The notes: generated from the letters alone by a model not told the origin. A stretch of 64,000 bases of DNA from Halorutilales archaeon Cl-col2-1 (GCA_041891055.1 CP169074.1:1184001-1248000), one strand, 5' to 3'; positions 53,594 to 63,577 are shown, counted from the first letter of the stretch. Numbers and translations: made by a program.

Positions 53594-55258
53594 TCAATTG
53601 TCACTGAGACGTCCGACTACTGCGCGGGTCTCCCCCGATACGTCTGACGCGACTACGGTCGAGTTCTCGACACGAAGTTCTACACCGAGTGCGCGAGGCG
53701 TCGAGTTGGGAGACACCGACACTGTTCTTGATATCGAACTCGACTCAAGCACTGCTGTGTAGTTACGACGCGAGACGCCAACCGATATATTGGTGCCGTT
53801 TACACGTACTCCTGTCGGAGCGGGTGGCGACTCGAAGAGAACCGTATCGGAGTCTTTCTTCTCCCGACTCACAACGACTGAGTAGGCGGATTCACCCGAC
53901 GGTGTCGATACGCCTACGCGTTCGACTATGACACGTGTCTCGCTCCGGAGGTCGCCAGCGTAGAAGCTGAGGGTCGACTCCGACTTGAGCTCGGATGGAG
54001 ACGCCTGACGGAGCCAGATGCCTCTGTCAGGGTCTCTGACCACGACGCCGGAGGCGTCCCAGGAGACGTTGATACCCGGAACGGAGACCGGGGCGACACG
54101 TCGGAGGCGTGCCGAGTCTACGTAGGAGATTTCGTATCCCTCGTACTCTACCTGACCGTAAGTCGCGTTAGCTTTGTCTCCGGCGTCGTCGGACACGGAA
54201 GCCGCACCGTCGACACCGACGACGGAGGATACGTTTACGGGAACTGCGATGAAACAGATCACCAGAACCGGTAGGAGAAGACCCACGTAGCCGTAGCTTC
54301 CGAAGCTAATCCTCTCGGAGACGACGTTCGAGACTGTCGGCGGACGTGACCTGACCGCGAGAGCCGTTCCGAGACCCGCGAGTAATGTGAAGCTCAGACC
54401 GAGCGACTGATAGAGGACGTACGACGAACCGTTAGCTATCCAGAGAGCATATATCCCCTCGAAGACACCGACTACGACGACGGCTGCGCCGACCTTCGTA
54501 GCCCTCGTATCGGTTCTGACCCGGTCAGCGAGGCGCGAGTCCAAGAGAAGAGCCCCCACTAGGATTCCGACGAAGAAGCCAAGTATATGACTGTCGACGG
54601 CTATCTGTGCCCACCACGGTGTCACGAACTCCTCCGTGGGTGTCTGGGTGATTACGGGGTACTGGAGTATGCTTACGACCGAGTCGAGAACCGAGGTTAC
54701 AGCGACGAGGACGACGGCTCCCAAGGGGTAGAAGACCGTAATGAAGCCGATAAGGGCGAATACGGCTCCTGAGAAGCCGACGGTAGGACCCGCGGAGAAA
54801 GCTGAGGTGAATACACCGATGACATAGAGAGAGACGGCGAATCCGACGACACGTACGACGGATCTGTGCCGGGGGTCGGAATCGGTGTTACGGTGTCCGA
54901 CGACGTACTCAGCAACAGGTGCGAATACAGCAGTGGCGACGAGGTTCGAGGTTATGTGTCCGACATTGGCGTGAGATATCGGACTTGCGAGGATACCGAC
55001 GGGGTACGAGTAAGACCACGAGTAGTAAGGTATTACGAGAGGATTCGACGAGTGCCACAGACCCCTCTGGGCGAACGCGTAGAAGCCGAGGTTGACGGCG
55101 ACTACGGCGGCGGTTCCAAGGGGGAGGCCAAGAACGAGACGTCTCCTCGACCTCTCGTAGATGTCGGAGAGCGAGTCACGTTCGAGGAGGTATACGGCAA
55201 CGAGAGCCGCCGAGAGGGCGACGATGACCGCGAGGTTGGATACTATGTCTTCGTCCAC
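53594..55258 (-). CDS. Rhomboid family serine protease with C-terminal extracytoplasmic extension
   Basis: HANVGHITSN, GFSG, downstream SH, multiple TM helices. Confidence 0.85.
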   Translation of the reverse strand: MDEDIVSNLAVIVALSAALVAVYLLERDSLSDIYERSRRRLVLGLPLGTAAVVAVNLGFYAFAQRGLWHSSNPLVIPYYSWSYSYPVGILASPISHANVGHITSNLVATAVFAPVAEYVVGHRNTDSDPRHRSVVRVVGFAVSLYVIGVFTSAFSAGPTVGFSGAVFALIGFITVFYPLGAVVLVAVTSVLDSVVSILQYPVITQTPTEEFVTPWWAQIAVDSHILGFFVGILVGALLLDSRLADRVRTDTRATKVGAAVVVVGVFEGIYALWIANGSSYVLYQSLGLSFTLLAGLGTALAVRSRPPTVSNVVSERISFGSYGYVGLLLPVLVICFIAVPVNVSSVVGVDGAASVSDDAGDKANATYGQVEYEGYEISYVDSARLRRVAPVSVPGINVSWDASGVVVRDPDRGIWLRQASPSELKSESTLSFYAGDLRSETRVIVERVGVSTPSGESAYSVVVSREKKDSDTVLFESPPAPTGVRVNGTNISVGVSRRNYTAVLESSSISRTVSVSPNSTPRALGVELRVENSTVVASDVSGETRAVVGRLSDN

Positions 55259-55375
55259 ACACCAAATACGTGTCGCTCGTCTTTAGGCTACTGTTCACGC
55301 TACCGGCGCGTCGTGTTCTCGGTCGCTTCGTGTCTAATCAGAAAGTTCAAACATCTCACCTACGTAGACGGGGAC

Positions 55376-55651
55376 ATGAACATAACAGTCCTCTCGAAGA
55401 CCGGTACAGAGGTCGAGGTCGAGATAGGGGGAGAGGGACACACGTTTCTCAACGTACTCAAGGACGCGCTTCTCGATGTCGAAGGCGTAGAGGCGGCAAG
55501 CTACGACATGAATCCCGAACAGAGCGGGGGCAACACCGAGCCTATACTCTATGTCAAGACCGACGACTCGGTCGATCCACTCGACGCCGTCTCAGAGGCA
55601 ACCGACGGAATAAAGGATGAAGTCTCGGAGTTCAAGGACGCTCTGGCTTAG
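55376..55651 (+). CDS. rpoL: RNA polymerase subunit Rpo11 (L)
   Basis: EIGGEGHTFLNVLK...ASYDMNPEQSGG; true start at ATG 55376 inside the longer ORF. Confidence 0.93.
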   Translation: MNITVLSKTGTEVEVEIGGEGHTFLNVLKDALLDVEGVEAASYDMNPEQSGGNTEPILYVKTDDSVDPLDAVSEATDGIKDEVSEFKDALA

Positions 55652-56238
55652 TTATTTTTAGTCAGACGCAGAACCACGAGCTCCTCGAAGAATAGGCTAC
55701 TTCTCGCGGCTTGATCGACACCGAAGCCCTCGTCGCGCGCGCGCTGGGTGACCTCTCGTATCCCCGTCTTACTGCTGACCAGAAGTAAGACAGTGCCGTC
55801 GTCGGCGAGAACCCTTCCGACAGTTTCGAGAAACTCGACGGTGACACCGCGTCCCGTCTTTCCCGAGGTGAGAGCCTCGTCGATCCAAGACCACGACCGC
55901 GACTCGTCCTCGTCGTCTCTCTCAGGTAGATAAGGCGGGTTGAAGACGACGTAGTCGAACTCCCAACAGACGGCGTCGACGAGATTTGTTCTCACGGCTT
56001 CGACTCCTCTATGGCTCGCCTCTCTGACCGCGTGAGGGTTGATGTCGGTCGCGACGACCTCGGCGGGCGTCTTCTCGTCTATCTTGTGTGAGACGAATCC
56101 CGACCCCGTGCCGACTTCGAGTAGCTTACCCCCGTCTATCTCGTCTAAGCAGGCTTCGAGAAGAAGATGGGTGTCCTCCGACGGAGGGTAGACCTCGTCG
56201 GATTCGAAGTTACTGTCGCTGCCGCGGTCGTCCTCCAT
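55648..56238 (-). CDS. HemK2/MTQ2 family protein methyltransferase
   Basis: VYPPSEDTHLL, EVGTGSG, FNPPYLP. Confidence 0.92.
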   Translation of the reverse strand: MEDDRGSDSNFESDEVYPPSEDTHLLLEACLDEIDGGKLLEVGTGSGFVSHKIDEKTPAEVVATDINPHAVREASHRGVEAVRTNLVDAVCWEFDYVVFNPPYLPERDDEDESRSWSWIDEALTSGKTGRGVTVEFLETVGRVLADDGTVLLLVSSKTGIREVTQRARDEGFGVDQAARSSLFFEELVVLRLTKNN

Positions 56239-56240
56239 CC

Positions 56241-57047
56241 TTAGGAGTAGACGGTGTTGACTATCTCAGCGTACTCCTCGGGCGTTATCTTACCCGGACG
56301 TTTCCGGAGCGTGTCGTCGGAGAGACGTGAGACCACCTCCTCGGGGTCTTCTATCCCGGTTATATGTGTCGTGTTACGTATACAGTTCCTGAGTGTCTTA
56401 CGTCTCTGTGTGAAGACCCCCCTGAGGAAGTCGAGGAAGACGTCGTCGTCGACTTCGAGGTCGTAGTCGGGGTCTCTCGGTTCGAGACGTAAGACAGCAC
56501 TCTCGACCTCTGGCTGAGGATCGAACGAAGACGGCGCGACCGTCTCCTCTATAACCGGCTGAGCGTAATGGCGCGCAGTCACTGAGAGACGTGAGTAGTC
56601 GTCCTCGCCGGCTTGAGCCACGACTCTCTCGGCGAACTCCCTCTGTACGGTCACGACTAAGGGCTTTCCGAGGGGCAGGAGACGGAAAAGTATGGGGCTC
56701 GAAGCCGAGTAGGGGAGGTTCGAGACGCAGACGTCGAACCCGGGCAGGTCGACTTCGAGCACGTCTCCCTCTATCACCTCGACCTCGACCGAATTGAACT
56801 CGTGTCTCAGGAAGTCGGCGAGGTCGGAGTCTAACTCGACGGCTGTGACCTTCTCGACCCTCTCGGCGAGACGTGACGTGAGTACGCCCGCGCCGCCGCC
56901 TATCTCTAAGCAGTGGTCGTCGGGGTTCGAGACCGAGTCGGCGTATCCGACTATACGGTCGAGGAGGTCGTCGTCGACGAGGAAATGCTGATCCCTCGAA
57001 CTGTCGGGACGTATCCCGGCCTTCCTCACGAGATCCTTAGCCTTCAC
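56241..57047 (-). CDS. rsmA: 16S rRNA dimethyladenosine transferase
   Basis: DQHFL, EIGGGAG, SNLPYS, QREFAER, FTQRRKTLRN. Confidence 0.95.
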   Translation of the reverse strand: MKAKDLVRKAGIRPDSSRDQHFLVDDDLLDRIVGYADSVSNPDDHCLEIGGGAGVLTSRLAERVEKVTAVELDSDLADFLRHEFNSVEVEVIEGDVLEVDLPGFDVCVSNLPYSASSPILFRLLPLGKPLVVTVQREFAERVVAQAGEDDYSRLSVTARHYAQPVIEETVAPSSFDPQPEVESAVLRLEPRDPDYDLEVDDDVFLDFLRGVFTQRRKTLRNCIRNTTHITGIEDPEEVVSRLSDDTLRKRPGKITPEEYAEIVNTVYS

Positions 57048-57067
57048 GGTGTCACCTTCATATTCAT

Positions 57068-57619
57068 CTACCTTGCGAATACCCTGTACTTGAGATCCTC
57101 GTCCTTTATCTCGTTGACTATCCTCTCGGCGAGAATCTCCCTGACGTTATGGAGACCGCCGACCCTCTCCTCTATGTCGTCGAGGCTCTCGAACTCCTTT
57201 TCGCGTCTCTCTTCGAGTATGCCGTTACGTATCTTCTTGCCTATCCCGGGAAGAAGGTTAAGCTGGTGGAGACGCGTCGTGATAGAGCCCGCGGTGTTGA
57301 AGAACTCGACGTACCTCTCCTCGTCGTCGTCGATTATAGCCTTGACACCGTACTCAAGCTCTGCCTTGGCGCCCTGTGTCAGATCCTCGTATCCGAGGCG
57401 TCTCTTGACCCTCTCTATTCTTTCCCTCTCGCCCTGACCTACGTAGACGAAGTCGCCTATCTTGATACGCGCGTCTTCCCTCGCGGCGAGTTCGAGAAGC
57501 GTGAAGTTATCGCTTCCGACGCCCTGTACTATGGGTTCGTTGTGCGTCCTGTCCTCTGCGTGACCCTGGGGAAGGAAGTCGAGAACGTAGACGTACTCCT
57601 CTCTTTCGGTGTCAGACAT
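57068..57619 (-). CDS. DUF655 RNA-binding protein
   Basis: VLDFLPQG, FTLLEL, RLHQLNLLPGIGKK; conserved rpl21e-rpoF-DUF655-rsmA order. Confidence 0.9.
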   Translation of the reverse strand: MSDTEREEYVYVLDFLPQGHAEDRTHNEPIVQGVGSDNFTLLELAAREDARIKIGDFVYVGQGERERIERVKRRLGYEDLTQGAKAELEYGVKAIIDDDEERYVEFFNTAGSITTRLHQLNLLPGIGKKIRNGILEERREKEFESLDDIEERVGGLHNVREILAERIVNEIKDEDLKYRVFAR

Positions 57620-57681
57620 TGATGTTCTGAGTAATATATAACCTATAAAAACTTATAACTAAGTGCTGCTTTCGTGTCGCG

Positions 57682-58032
57682 TCAGCGGTACTTGGCTACG
57701 ACGTCGAGAATCTCGTCTAGCTCGTCACCTGTGAGGGTGTACCTCTCCTCGGCGAATATAGAACGTATCTCATCACGTGTCGCGGGTAGGAGGTCTGCGA
57801 TCTTGTGTGCGACGAGTTCGTCGACCTTCTCAAACTCCGAGACCTCATCTATGAGTTCACGCGACTCTTCCGCCTCTAACTCGGCGAGTTCATTGGCGTG
57901 GTCTATCGCGCGTCTGAGCTCGTAGCTCATCTCACGATCCTGGGCGGCTCTCTCCTCCGAGACCTGGTTGAGAACCTCCTTTACCTCGGCGAGGCTGACG
58001 TACTCCTCGTCGAGTTTCTCCTTTACTATCAT
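57682..58032 (-). CDS. rpoF: RNA polymerase subunit Rpo4 (F)
   Basis: MSYELRRAIDH, KIADLLPATRDEIRSIF. Confidence 0.93.
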   Translation of the reverse strand: MIVKEKLDEEYVSLAEVKEVLNQVSEERAAQDREMSYELRRAIDHANELAELEAEESRELIDEVSEFEKVDELVAHKIADLLPATRDEIRSIFAEERYTLTGDELDEILDVVAKYR

Positions 58033-58035
58033 GTC

Positions 58036-58329
58036 TCAGTTACTCTGAGGCTTGAGGTGCTGTGGCTTTACGAAGAGTGTCTTCTTCTTGTCGCCGTCGT
58101 GTATCTCGACCTCGAAGGCAGTTCCCTGCTCTCCGACAACGACTCCCGTCTCACCGTGGAACCTGGGGTTGGGACGTCCGTCGGGGACACTCGGGTCTAT
58201 GGCTACGTGGACGTTTTCTCCCTCATCGAACTCCTGTACTGCACGGCTAGGCGGGCTCTGTCCCCTGTCGCGCGGGTCGTTGCGCAGCTTGTTACGTGTC
58301 TTGTTCCTCGGTCCTTTAGAGTTGGGCAT
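58036..58329 (-). CDS. rpl21e: 50S ribosomal protein L21e
   Basis: MPNSKGPRNKTRNKL...IDPSVPDGRPNPRFHG...PQHLK. Confidence 0.96.
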   Translation of the reverse strand: MPNSKGPRNKTRNKLRNDPRDRGQSPPSRAVQEFDEGENVHVAIDPSVPDGRPNPRFHGETGVVVGEQGTAFEVEIHDGDKKKTLFVKPQHLKPQSN

Positions 58330-58542
58330 ATCTCTACGGTGGTGTGCTATGGACATAAGGCTTTTCGTAAGTCTGACGCGCGCCAGAGGCAGTTTCACAC
58401 ACCGATTTTACCTCAGCTGAAGATCCCACCCCAGTCATGTGCCCGGGTTTTCTTTGGACGTATGTAGAGACGTGTATATTTATGCCAAAGGTATTTATAC
58501 TATAATTACTGAGTCTCAAATGAGCACGGAGGAACTCCAACG

Positions 58543-58986
58543 TTGGCACAAGAAAGCATAACGGGATTCCGTAAGGAAGGAAGCTGGGAAGAAGTAGTCG
58601 AACACGGCGAGGAGATAACCCAGGTAATGAAGGAGGCAGACGCGGAGATCGAAGGCGGTAACTTCGACGACTGGGAAGAGTGGCGTCCCAAGAACAAGGA
58701 CGACATGGGAGATGAAGTCGTGGAAAAGACAGCAAAGAAAGCGAGCATAGATCCTGACAGTGACTCAGGGATAAAGAAGGCAGGTAAGAAACTCTTCTGT
58801 AGCCTCGAAGAAGCGGTGTACGAGAACGTCATGGGGAAGGCGTCACCCTGCTACTTCGACAACGACCTCGTGAGCGCCAACATAAAGGACACGTCGGGTA
58901 GGATAGGAGACACCGAGACGTTCGCTCTGGAAGTCGATGTCTACGACGCCGATCTCAAGGACGAGATAAGACAGAATCTAGAATAA
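58543..58986 (+). CDS. Haloarchaeal conserved protein (DUF5828-like)
   Basis: ESITGF...WEEVVEHGE, WEEWRPK, PCYFDNDLVSAN; TTG start after GGAGGA. Confidence 0.75.
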   Translation: MAQESITGFRKEGSWEEVVEHGEEITQVMKEADAEIEGGNFDDWEEWRPKNKDDMGDEVVEKTAKKASIDPDSDSGIKKAGKKLFCSLEEAVYENVMGKASPCYFDNDLVSANIKDTSGRIGDTETFALEVDVYDADLKDEIRQNLE

Positions 58987-59152
58987 AACACTTAGAGCTT
59001 TTCTTATAAATGGTCGAAGTTGAAGAGACAAGACGAAGCTAATTTATACACGAAGAGTGACGCCAAAGATACATCAAGACAATGGTAGACAGACACAGTA
59101 GTGAACTGTTCTCGGAAAGGAGGACATGTGTGGGACGAAGAGGTGAAGGAAG

Positions 59153-60112
59153 ATGGATCTAATTCTACTGCCGGCTCTCGTGATATCGTTCTTCGTGGCA
59201 GCAGTCACGGGAGCAGTCAGCATTCCGGTGTCGATGGCTCCCGCGGTGGGGTCGAACACGACGGGCGTGATGAGGGCGGCGTTCCTCGTGGGTATATTTG
59301 GCTTCTTGGGTGCTGTCGCACTTGGGGCGGGGGTCGCGTCGGGGATAGGAAGTAATATAGTCAACGGAGAGCTTCAGCTTCCGACGACAGTTATCGCTCT
59401 CTTCGTGATAGGCTTCTACGTCGCCCTCGGTCTCATAAAAGAGTATCCTATACCCGCGGCGTTCACTGCATTTGGAAGCGTCGCAGGAGCGGGAATAGCA
59501 CAGGGGCTGACGCCCAACGAGGGATACTGGATGACAGCAGTCGTCTCGTGGATAGGAATGGGTCTCGCCGCGATAATCATATCTTGGGTTCTGACGGTCG
59601 CACTCAGGAGGTACGTCAAGAAGACAGACAAGTCGGTCTCTGTGATGGAGAAGATAATCCTCTTCTCAGGTATCGTCTTCGCGTTCATAGGAGGAGGAAG
59701 TCAGGTTGGACTTGCGGTCGGACCTCTCGTAGCGCCGTTTACGGATCTAGGATACGGAATCACTCCGCTTCTCGCCTTCGGTGGCTTAGGACTCTTAGTC
59801 GGAGCGTGGGTCAGAAGCCCCGTGATGCTCAACGCAGTCGGTAGGCAGTACTCCGACATGGGAACCAGAACCTCGATCTCGATACTCTTTTCGGCGATAC
59901 CTCTCGTACAGATCGTGGCTAACGTCCTAGGCGTCCCAGTCTCGTTCAACCAGATAATCATAAACAGCATAATGGGAAGCGGATTCGCCGGAGATGGTAG
60001 CTCAGTCGACAAGAAGAGAATGGTTTACACCGTCGGAGCCTGGATAGCCTCGCTCTTCGCGTCTTTCGGAACGGCTTACGGCATCTACTACGTCGTATTC
60101 GATGTCATCTAA
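59153..60112 (+). CDS. PiT-family (inorganic phosphate transporter-like) membrane protein
   Basis: Duplicated PiT-like halves (GAVS...MAPAVGS; GGSQVGLAVGPL; GVPVSFN). Confidence 0.78.
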   Translation: MDLILLPALVISFFVAAVTGAVSIPVSMAPAVGSNTTGVMRAAFLVGIFGFLGAVALGAGVASGIGSNIVNGELQLPTTVIALFVIGFYVALGLIKEYPIPAAFTAFGSVAGAGIAQGLTPNEGYWMTAVVSWIGMGLAAIIISWVLTVALRRYVKKTDKSVSVMEKIILFSGIVFAFIGGGSQVGLAVGPLVAPFTDLGYGITPLLAFGGLGLLVGAWVRSPVMLNAVGRQYSDMGTRTSISILFSAIPLVQIVANVLGVPVSFNQIIINSIMGSGFAGDGSSVDKKRMVYTVGAWIASLFASFGTAYGIYYVVFDVI

Positions 60113-60302
60113 AAAGGAGTAGATCGCCAGATAGGAAGACCGAAGAACTGAGAGAGGGTTCTACTCTTCTGTCTGGGCTCGCCGACAGGAAGGGGAACTG
60201 TCGGCACTTACAGATTAGTAAGCCGTATTATTAGTCTTACTGGTAGGTTACTCGAAGACCGAGACAGAAAGAATCGGATAGGGAGACAGAGGAGAGTCGG
60301 AA

Positions 60303-60809
60303 TTAAGCTTCTAGGAGACCGAGTATCTTCCTCGACTTGTCGGTCGGCTTTGCCGTACCGTCGTCGTCGGTCTCAACAAGTCCCCACCTCTCGTAACTCT
60401 CTATGTAGTTCTCAACAGGTTCGTCGGCGTCGACCTCGTCACTTATCTCGTCGGTAGTCGCGGGAAGAGTTTCGAGTATCTCGTGTGTCACAGACCCCGA
60501 GTAGTCAGAGATAGCCGAGACCGCCTGTGAGAGAGGACCCACGCACGTGTTGGGGTTACAGAACTCCTCACACTTGTCACGGCTCAGAAGGTTGTATGTC
60601 ACGGCTGCCTCCTTTCCCTTCGAGGTGATAACGTACTTCTCGCCGTCGGTCTCGACGAAGCCGTCGTCTATGAGTTCCTTGAGACGTCTGTCGACCATAC
60701 TGGGGTTGATTCCGAGGTACTCCTCTATCTCCGAGAAACGTGACTCTCCGTTCATACAGAGATAGACAATAATACCCTCGCTCTTCGAGTACGAGAGGGT
60801 CTTGAGCAT
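60303..60809 (-). CDS. Winged-helix regulator with two wHTH-like modules
   Basis: RFSEIEEYLGINPSMVDRRLKEL...ITSKG, and C-terminal WGLVET...PTDKS. Confidence 0.75.
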   Translation of the reverse strand: MLKTLSYSKSEGIIVYLCMNGESRFSEIEEYLGINPSMVDRRLKELIDDGFVETDGEKYVITSKGKEAAVTYNLLSRDKCEEFCNPNTCVGPLSQAVSAISDYSGSVTHEILETLPATTDEISDEVDADEPVENYIESYERWGLVETDDDGTAKPTDKSRKILGLLEA

Positions 60810-60856
60810 AGACGAAGATAAGACGCCGAGAGAGGATAAGCTTACTGATTAGTACG

Positions 60857-61603
60857 CTACACGCGTTTCGCGGCTTCGAGTGCTATCTCTATGACACGTC
60901 CGACGCCCGCGCGCGCCTCCTCGGGAAGCTCCTCGTCGTCCTCTGTCTCGCCCTTCTGTTCTCCTGCTACGAGGTTTCCGTCGACTGCGAGGACGGCTCC
61001 GGCTTTCACACCGCGTCTCCTTGCAAGAGTGAAAAGAGCCGACGCCTCCATCTCAACCGAGAGCATTCCCGCCTCCTCCCAGTCACTCGCGGGCTCGTCC
61101 TCAGCGTAGAAGGCGTCGTCTGTCACTACCGACCCGACGTGAACCTCGTGTCCTCCCTCGTCTGCGGCGTCTACGAGAGAATTCGTGACATCGAGAGACG
61201 GTACGGCGGGATACTCGACCTCCTCGTACCTCTTGGTCGTCCCCTCGTACTTCGCCGAAGCAGTCGGTATTACGACGTCACCAGTTGTCACGTCCTCCTG
61301 AAGACCACCCGTAGTACCGGGACGTATGAAGGTCTCCGCGCCGATGTTGACTAACTCCTCGACTGCGACCGCGGCACTCGGGCTTCCGACCCCTGTCGAA
61401 CAGACTGTCACGGGTTCGCCTTCGTAGACACCGTTGACGAGCCTGTACTCTCGGTTGTGTGAGACTACCTCTACGTCTTCGAGTCTCTCGGCTATTCTGT
61501 CGACCCTGTCGGGGTCTCCGGGAACGAGAACCGTCTGGTTTATGTCGCCCTCGGAGGCGAGTATGTGAGGCTGTTTTACCTCGGTGTCACCGTCTTGTGT
61601 CAT
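60857..61603 (-). CDS. Nucleoside (uridine) phosphorylase
   Basis: PGDPDRV, STGVGSPS, RPGTTG, VEMEAS; start at Met53 of the ORF. Confidence 0.92.
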   Translation of the reverse strand: MTQDGDTEVKQPHILASEGDINQTVLVPGDPDRVDRIAERLEDVEVVSHNREYRLVNGVYEGEPVTVCSTGVGSPSAAVAVEELVNIGAETFIRPGTTGGLQEDVTTGDVVIPTASAKYEGTTKRYEEVEYPAVPSLDVTNSLVDAADEGGHEVHVGSVVTDDAFYAEDEPASDWEEAGMLSVEMEASALFTLARRRGVKAGAVLAVDGNLVAGEQKGETEDDEELPEEARAGVGRVIEIALEAAKRV

Positions 61604-61658
61604 ACGGCTTCTGTGGTACCGATAAGTAGAAAAAGCTTCCGAGGGATACGCTAACCAG

Positions 61659-62366
61659 ATGGACGTTCCCAAATCTTCAGATTCGCGTGCACCCGAGAAT
61701 GGGGGTTCTCGGGACGCAGAGAAACTCGGCTCGGCGATAGACCACACACTCCTCGACAAGGATCACACGACGGAGGACGTTGACGAAGCTGTGAGAACGG
61801 CGGACGACTACGGCATGAATATCTGTCTCCCGCCGTCGAGGATCGAACGCGTACCAGCATCCTTCATGGGTGAGGTATGTAGTGTCGTCGGCTTCCCCCT
61901 CGGGTACAACGACACCGAGACGAAGGTATTCGAGGCACAGCGTGCATCCGAGGACGGCGCTACGGAGGTCGACGTCGCGTGTAATGTCTCACATCTCAAG
62001 TCGAGGAGCTACTACGAGTTCAGGAGCGACGTCGAGAGGGTCGTCGAAGCCGCCGACGTCAGGGTAAAGGCTATAATAGAGACGGGTCTTCTCTCGAAGT
62101 CGGAGATAAAGAGGGCGTCTAAGCTGTGTGTCGAGGCGGGTGCCGACTACGTCAAGACGTGTTCGGGGTTTACCGACGGTGAGGCTACGCCGAGCGACGT
62201 GAGGACTATCAGAGAGGCTGTGGGCGAGGGAGTAGGCGTGAAAGCAAGCGGAGGAATAAGGAGCTACTCCGATGTCGTCGAGATGGTGAGGGCGGGAGCG
62301 ACACGTATAGGAAGTAGCTCAGGGAAGGAGATAGTCGAAGATTTCAGTCAGAGTCAGAGCCGATGA
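61659..62366 (+). CDS. deoC: Deoxyribose-phosphate aldolase, with a 17-aa N-terminal insertion
   Basis: IDHTLL, VVGFPLG, KAIIET, YVKTCSG, VKASGGIR, RIGSS. Confidence 0.95.
   Translation: MDVPKSSDSRAPENGGSRDAEKLGSAIDHTLLDKDHTTEDVDEAVRTADDYGMNICLPPSRIERVPASFMGEVCSVVGFPLGYNDTETKVFEAQRASEDGATEVDVACNVSHLKSRSYYEFRSDVERVVEAADVRVKAIIETGLLSKSEIKRASKLCVEAGADYVKTCSGFTDGEATPSDVRTIREAVGEGVGVKASGGIRSYSDVVEMVRAGATRIGSSSGKEIVEDFSQSQSR
61666..61714 (+). repeat. 49-bp double-hairpin mini-element (partly decayed), in frame in deoC, CG flanking duplication
   Basis: cg|TT CCCAAATC ttca GATTCGCG tgcac CCGAGAAt gggg gTTCTCGG GA|cg. Confidence 0.78.
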
Positions 62367-62823
62367 CGTAGTCGTTTACTGTGTTCCTGGGTATCAGAAC
62401 CACCTCCTTCGCGTCCATCCTTCCGTCCTTGAGAGAAGCCGCGAGCCGTGTGGCTGTCTCGAACTCGACCGCCCTTACAGTACCGTCTATCTCGTAGGTC
62501 GTCTCGTCAGTCTGAGTCAGAGCTAAGTAGTCGTCGCCGAACTTCCTGTCCTCGTCGGACTTGTAGTGGTACTCGTATTCGTCGCCCTCGGAGTCTCCGT
62601 AGGTTCCAGTCGACGTCGACGCGGTTCCGACAGCCGTACGTCTTATCACTGAGTCGGCGGGGACAACCCAGATCTCGGAGCCGTCTTCTACGTCTATCTC
62701 TCCGGCATCACGTCTCTCCTCTATCATATGTACTATCTCGTCGGGAGTCGTCGCAGTCGCGGAGCCGACGTCGAGGAGGTACTCGTCGAGCTTGAGAAAG
62801 GCACGGAACTTTATGCCTCGCAT
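62344..62823 (-). CDS. Hypothetical acidic protein
   Basis: 159-aa ORF with haloarchaeal composition. Confidence 0.65.
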   Translation of the reverse strand: MRGIKFRAFLKLDEYLLDVGSATATTPDEIVHMIEERRDAGEIDVEDGSEIWVVPADSVIRRTAVGTASTSTGTYGDSEGDEYEYHYKSDEDRKFGDDYLALTQTDETTYEIDGTVRAVEFETATRLAASLKDGRMDAKEVVLIPRNTVNDYVIGSDSD

Positions 62824-62895
62824 TAACGGGCGTAGACGCGGAACGGGTTTTATACTATCGGTCGGTGGGTCGGTGACGAGGCTGGATCTTCAGTA

Positions 62896-63555
62896 TCACT
62901 CGAATATGTCGAGTACGTCTTCAGTCATCCCCTCACGTGAGAAGACAGTGACCAAGTCATCCTTCTGTATACGTGTCTGACCCTTGGGGATTATCACATC
63001 GCCGTCCCTGTCGACCGCGACTATCAGGACTCCCTCGTCGAGGTATCCCTCATCGTCGGCTTCGGCTATCGTCATTCCGACCAGGTCTGAGTCCGCGCCG
63101 ACGGGAATCTCGAATATCTCGGCTGTCTCTCCGACGTGCATGAAGTCCTCAACCGAGGGAAGCTGTACCGCCCGGAAGAGGTAGTCGGCGATGAGATGCT
63201 GGGGGTTTTCTAAGACATTCGCGCCGACCCGTCGGAAGAGGTTGAGGTGTTCGGGGTTCTGGACTACAGTGACCCTTTGTGGTATGCCTATCTCCTCCGA
63301 GAGGAGGAGTACCATCATGTTGGTGGCGTCGGACTCCGTAGTGCAGATCACAGCGTCGGCTTCGTCGGCACCCGCGTCTTCGAGAACTGATTTGTCGCTC
63401 GCGTCCCCCTCGATCACGAGGCAGTCGTAGTCACGGCTCATCTTCTCGGCTCTCTCGGGGTCTTTCTCTATCACGACGGTGTCGACCCCGGCTTCGGTGG
63501 CGAGGTCTATGACCTGTGACCCTATGTCACCCGCGCCGACGACTATGAGGTACAT
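62896..63555 (-). CDS. trkA: TrkA potassium uptake regulatory protein
   Basis: IVVGAGDIG Rossmann RCK-N and RCK-C (IIPKGQTRIQKDD); start at Met22 of the ORF. Confidence 0.92.
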   Translation of the reverse strand: MYLIVVGAGDIGSQVIDLATEAGVDTVVIEKDPERAEKMSRDYDCLVIEGDASDKSVLEDAGADEADAVICTTESDATNMMVLLLSEEIGIPQRVTVVQNPEHLNLFRRVGANVLENPQHLIADYLFRAVQLPSVEDFMHVGETAEIFEIPVGADSDLVGMTIAEADDEGYLDEGVLIVAVDRDGDVIIPKGQTRIQKDDLVTVFSREGMTEDVLDIFE

Positions 63556-63577
63556 AGACTCTAATCTCACTCCTTCC

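Noticed and set aside
54866-55375. 170-aa N-terminal extension of RpoL in the ORF track
   Set aside because: It is the antisense shadow of the rhomboid gene; RpoL homology starts at ATG 55376.
58372-58440. Possible C/D-box sRNA on the minus strand upstream of rpl21e
   Set aside because: The boxes are degenerate (ATGACT, CTGA, TGTGA, CAGA) and I could not assign an rRNA or tRNA target by eye.
58520-58561. 13-codon ORF overlapping the TTG start of the DUF5828-like gene
   Set aside because: Too short to support; TTG preceded by GGAGGA explains initiation.
60181-60205. Hairpin GCCGACAG-N9-CTGTCGGC between convergent genes
   Set aside because: Single hairpin without the double-hairpin geometry; probably terminator-related or chance.
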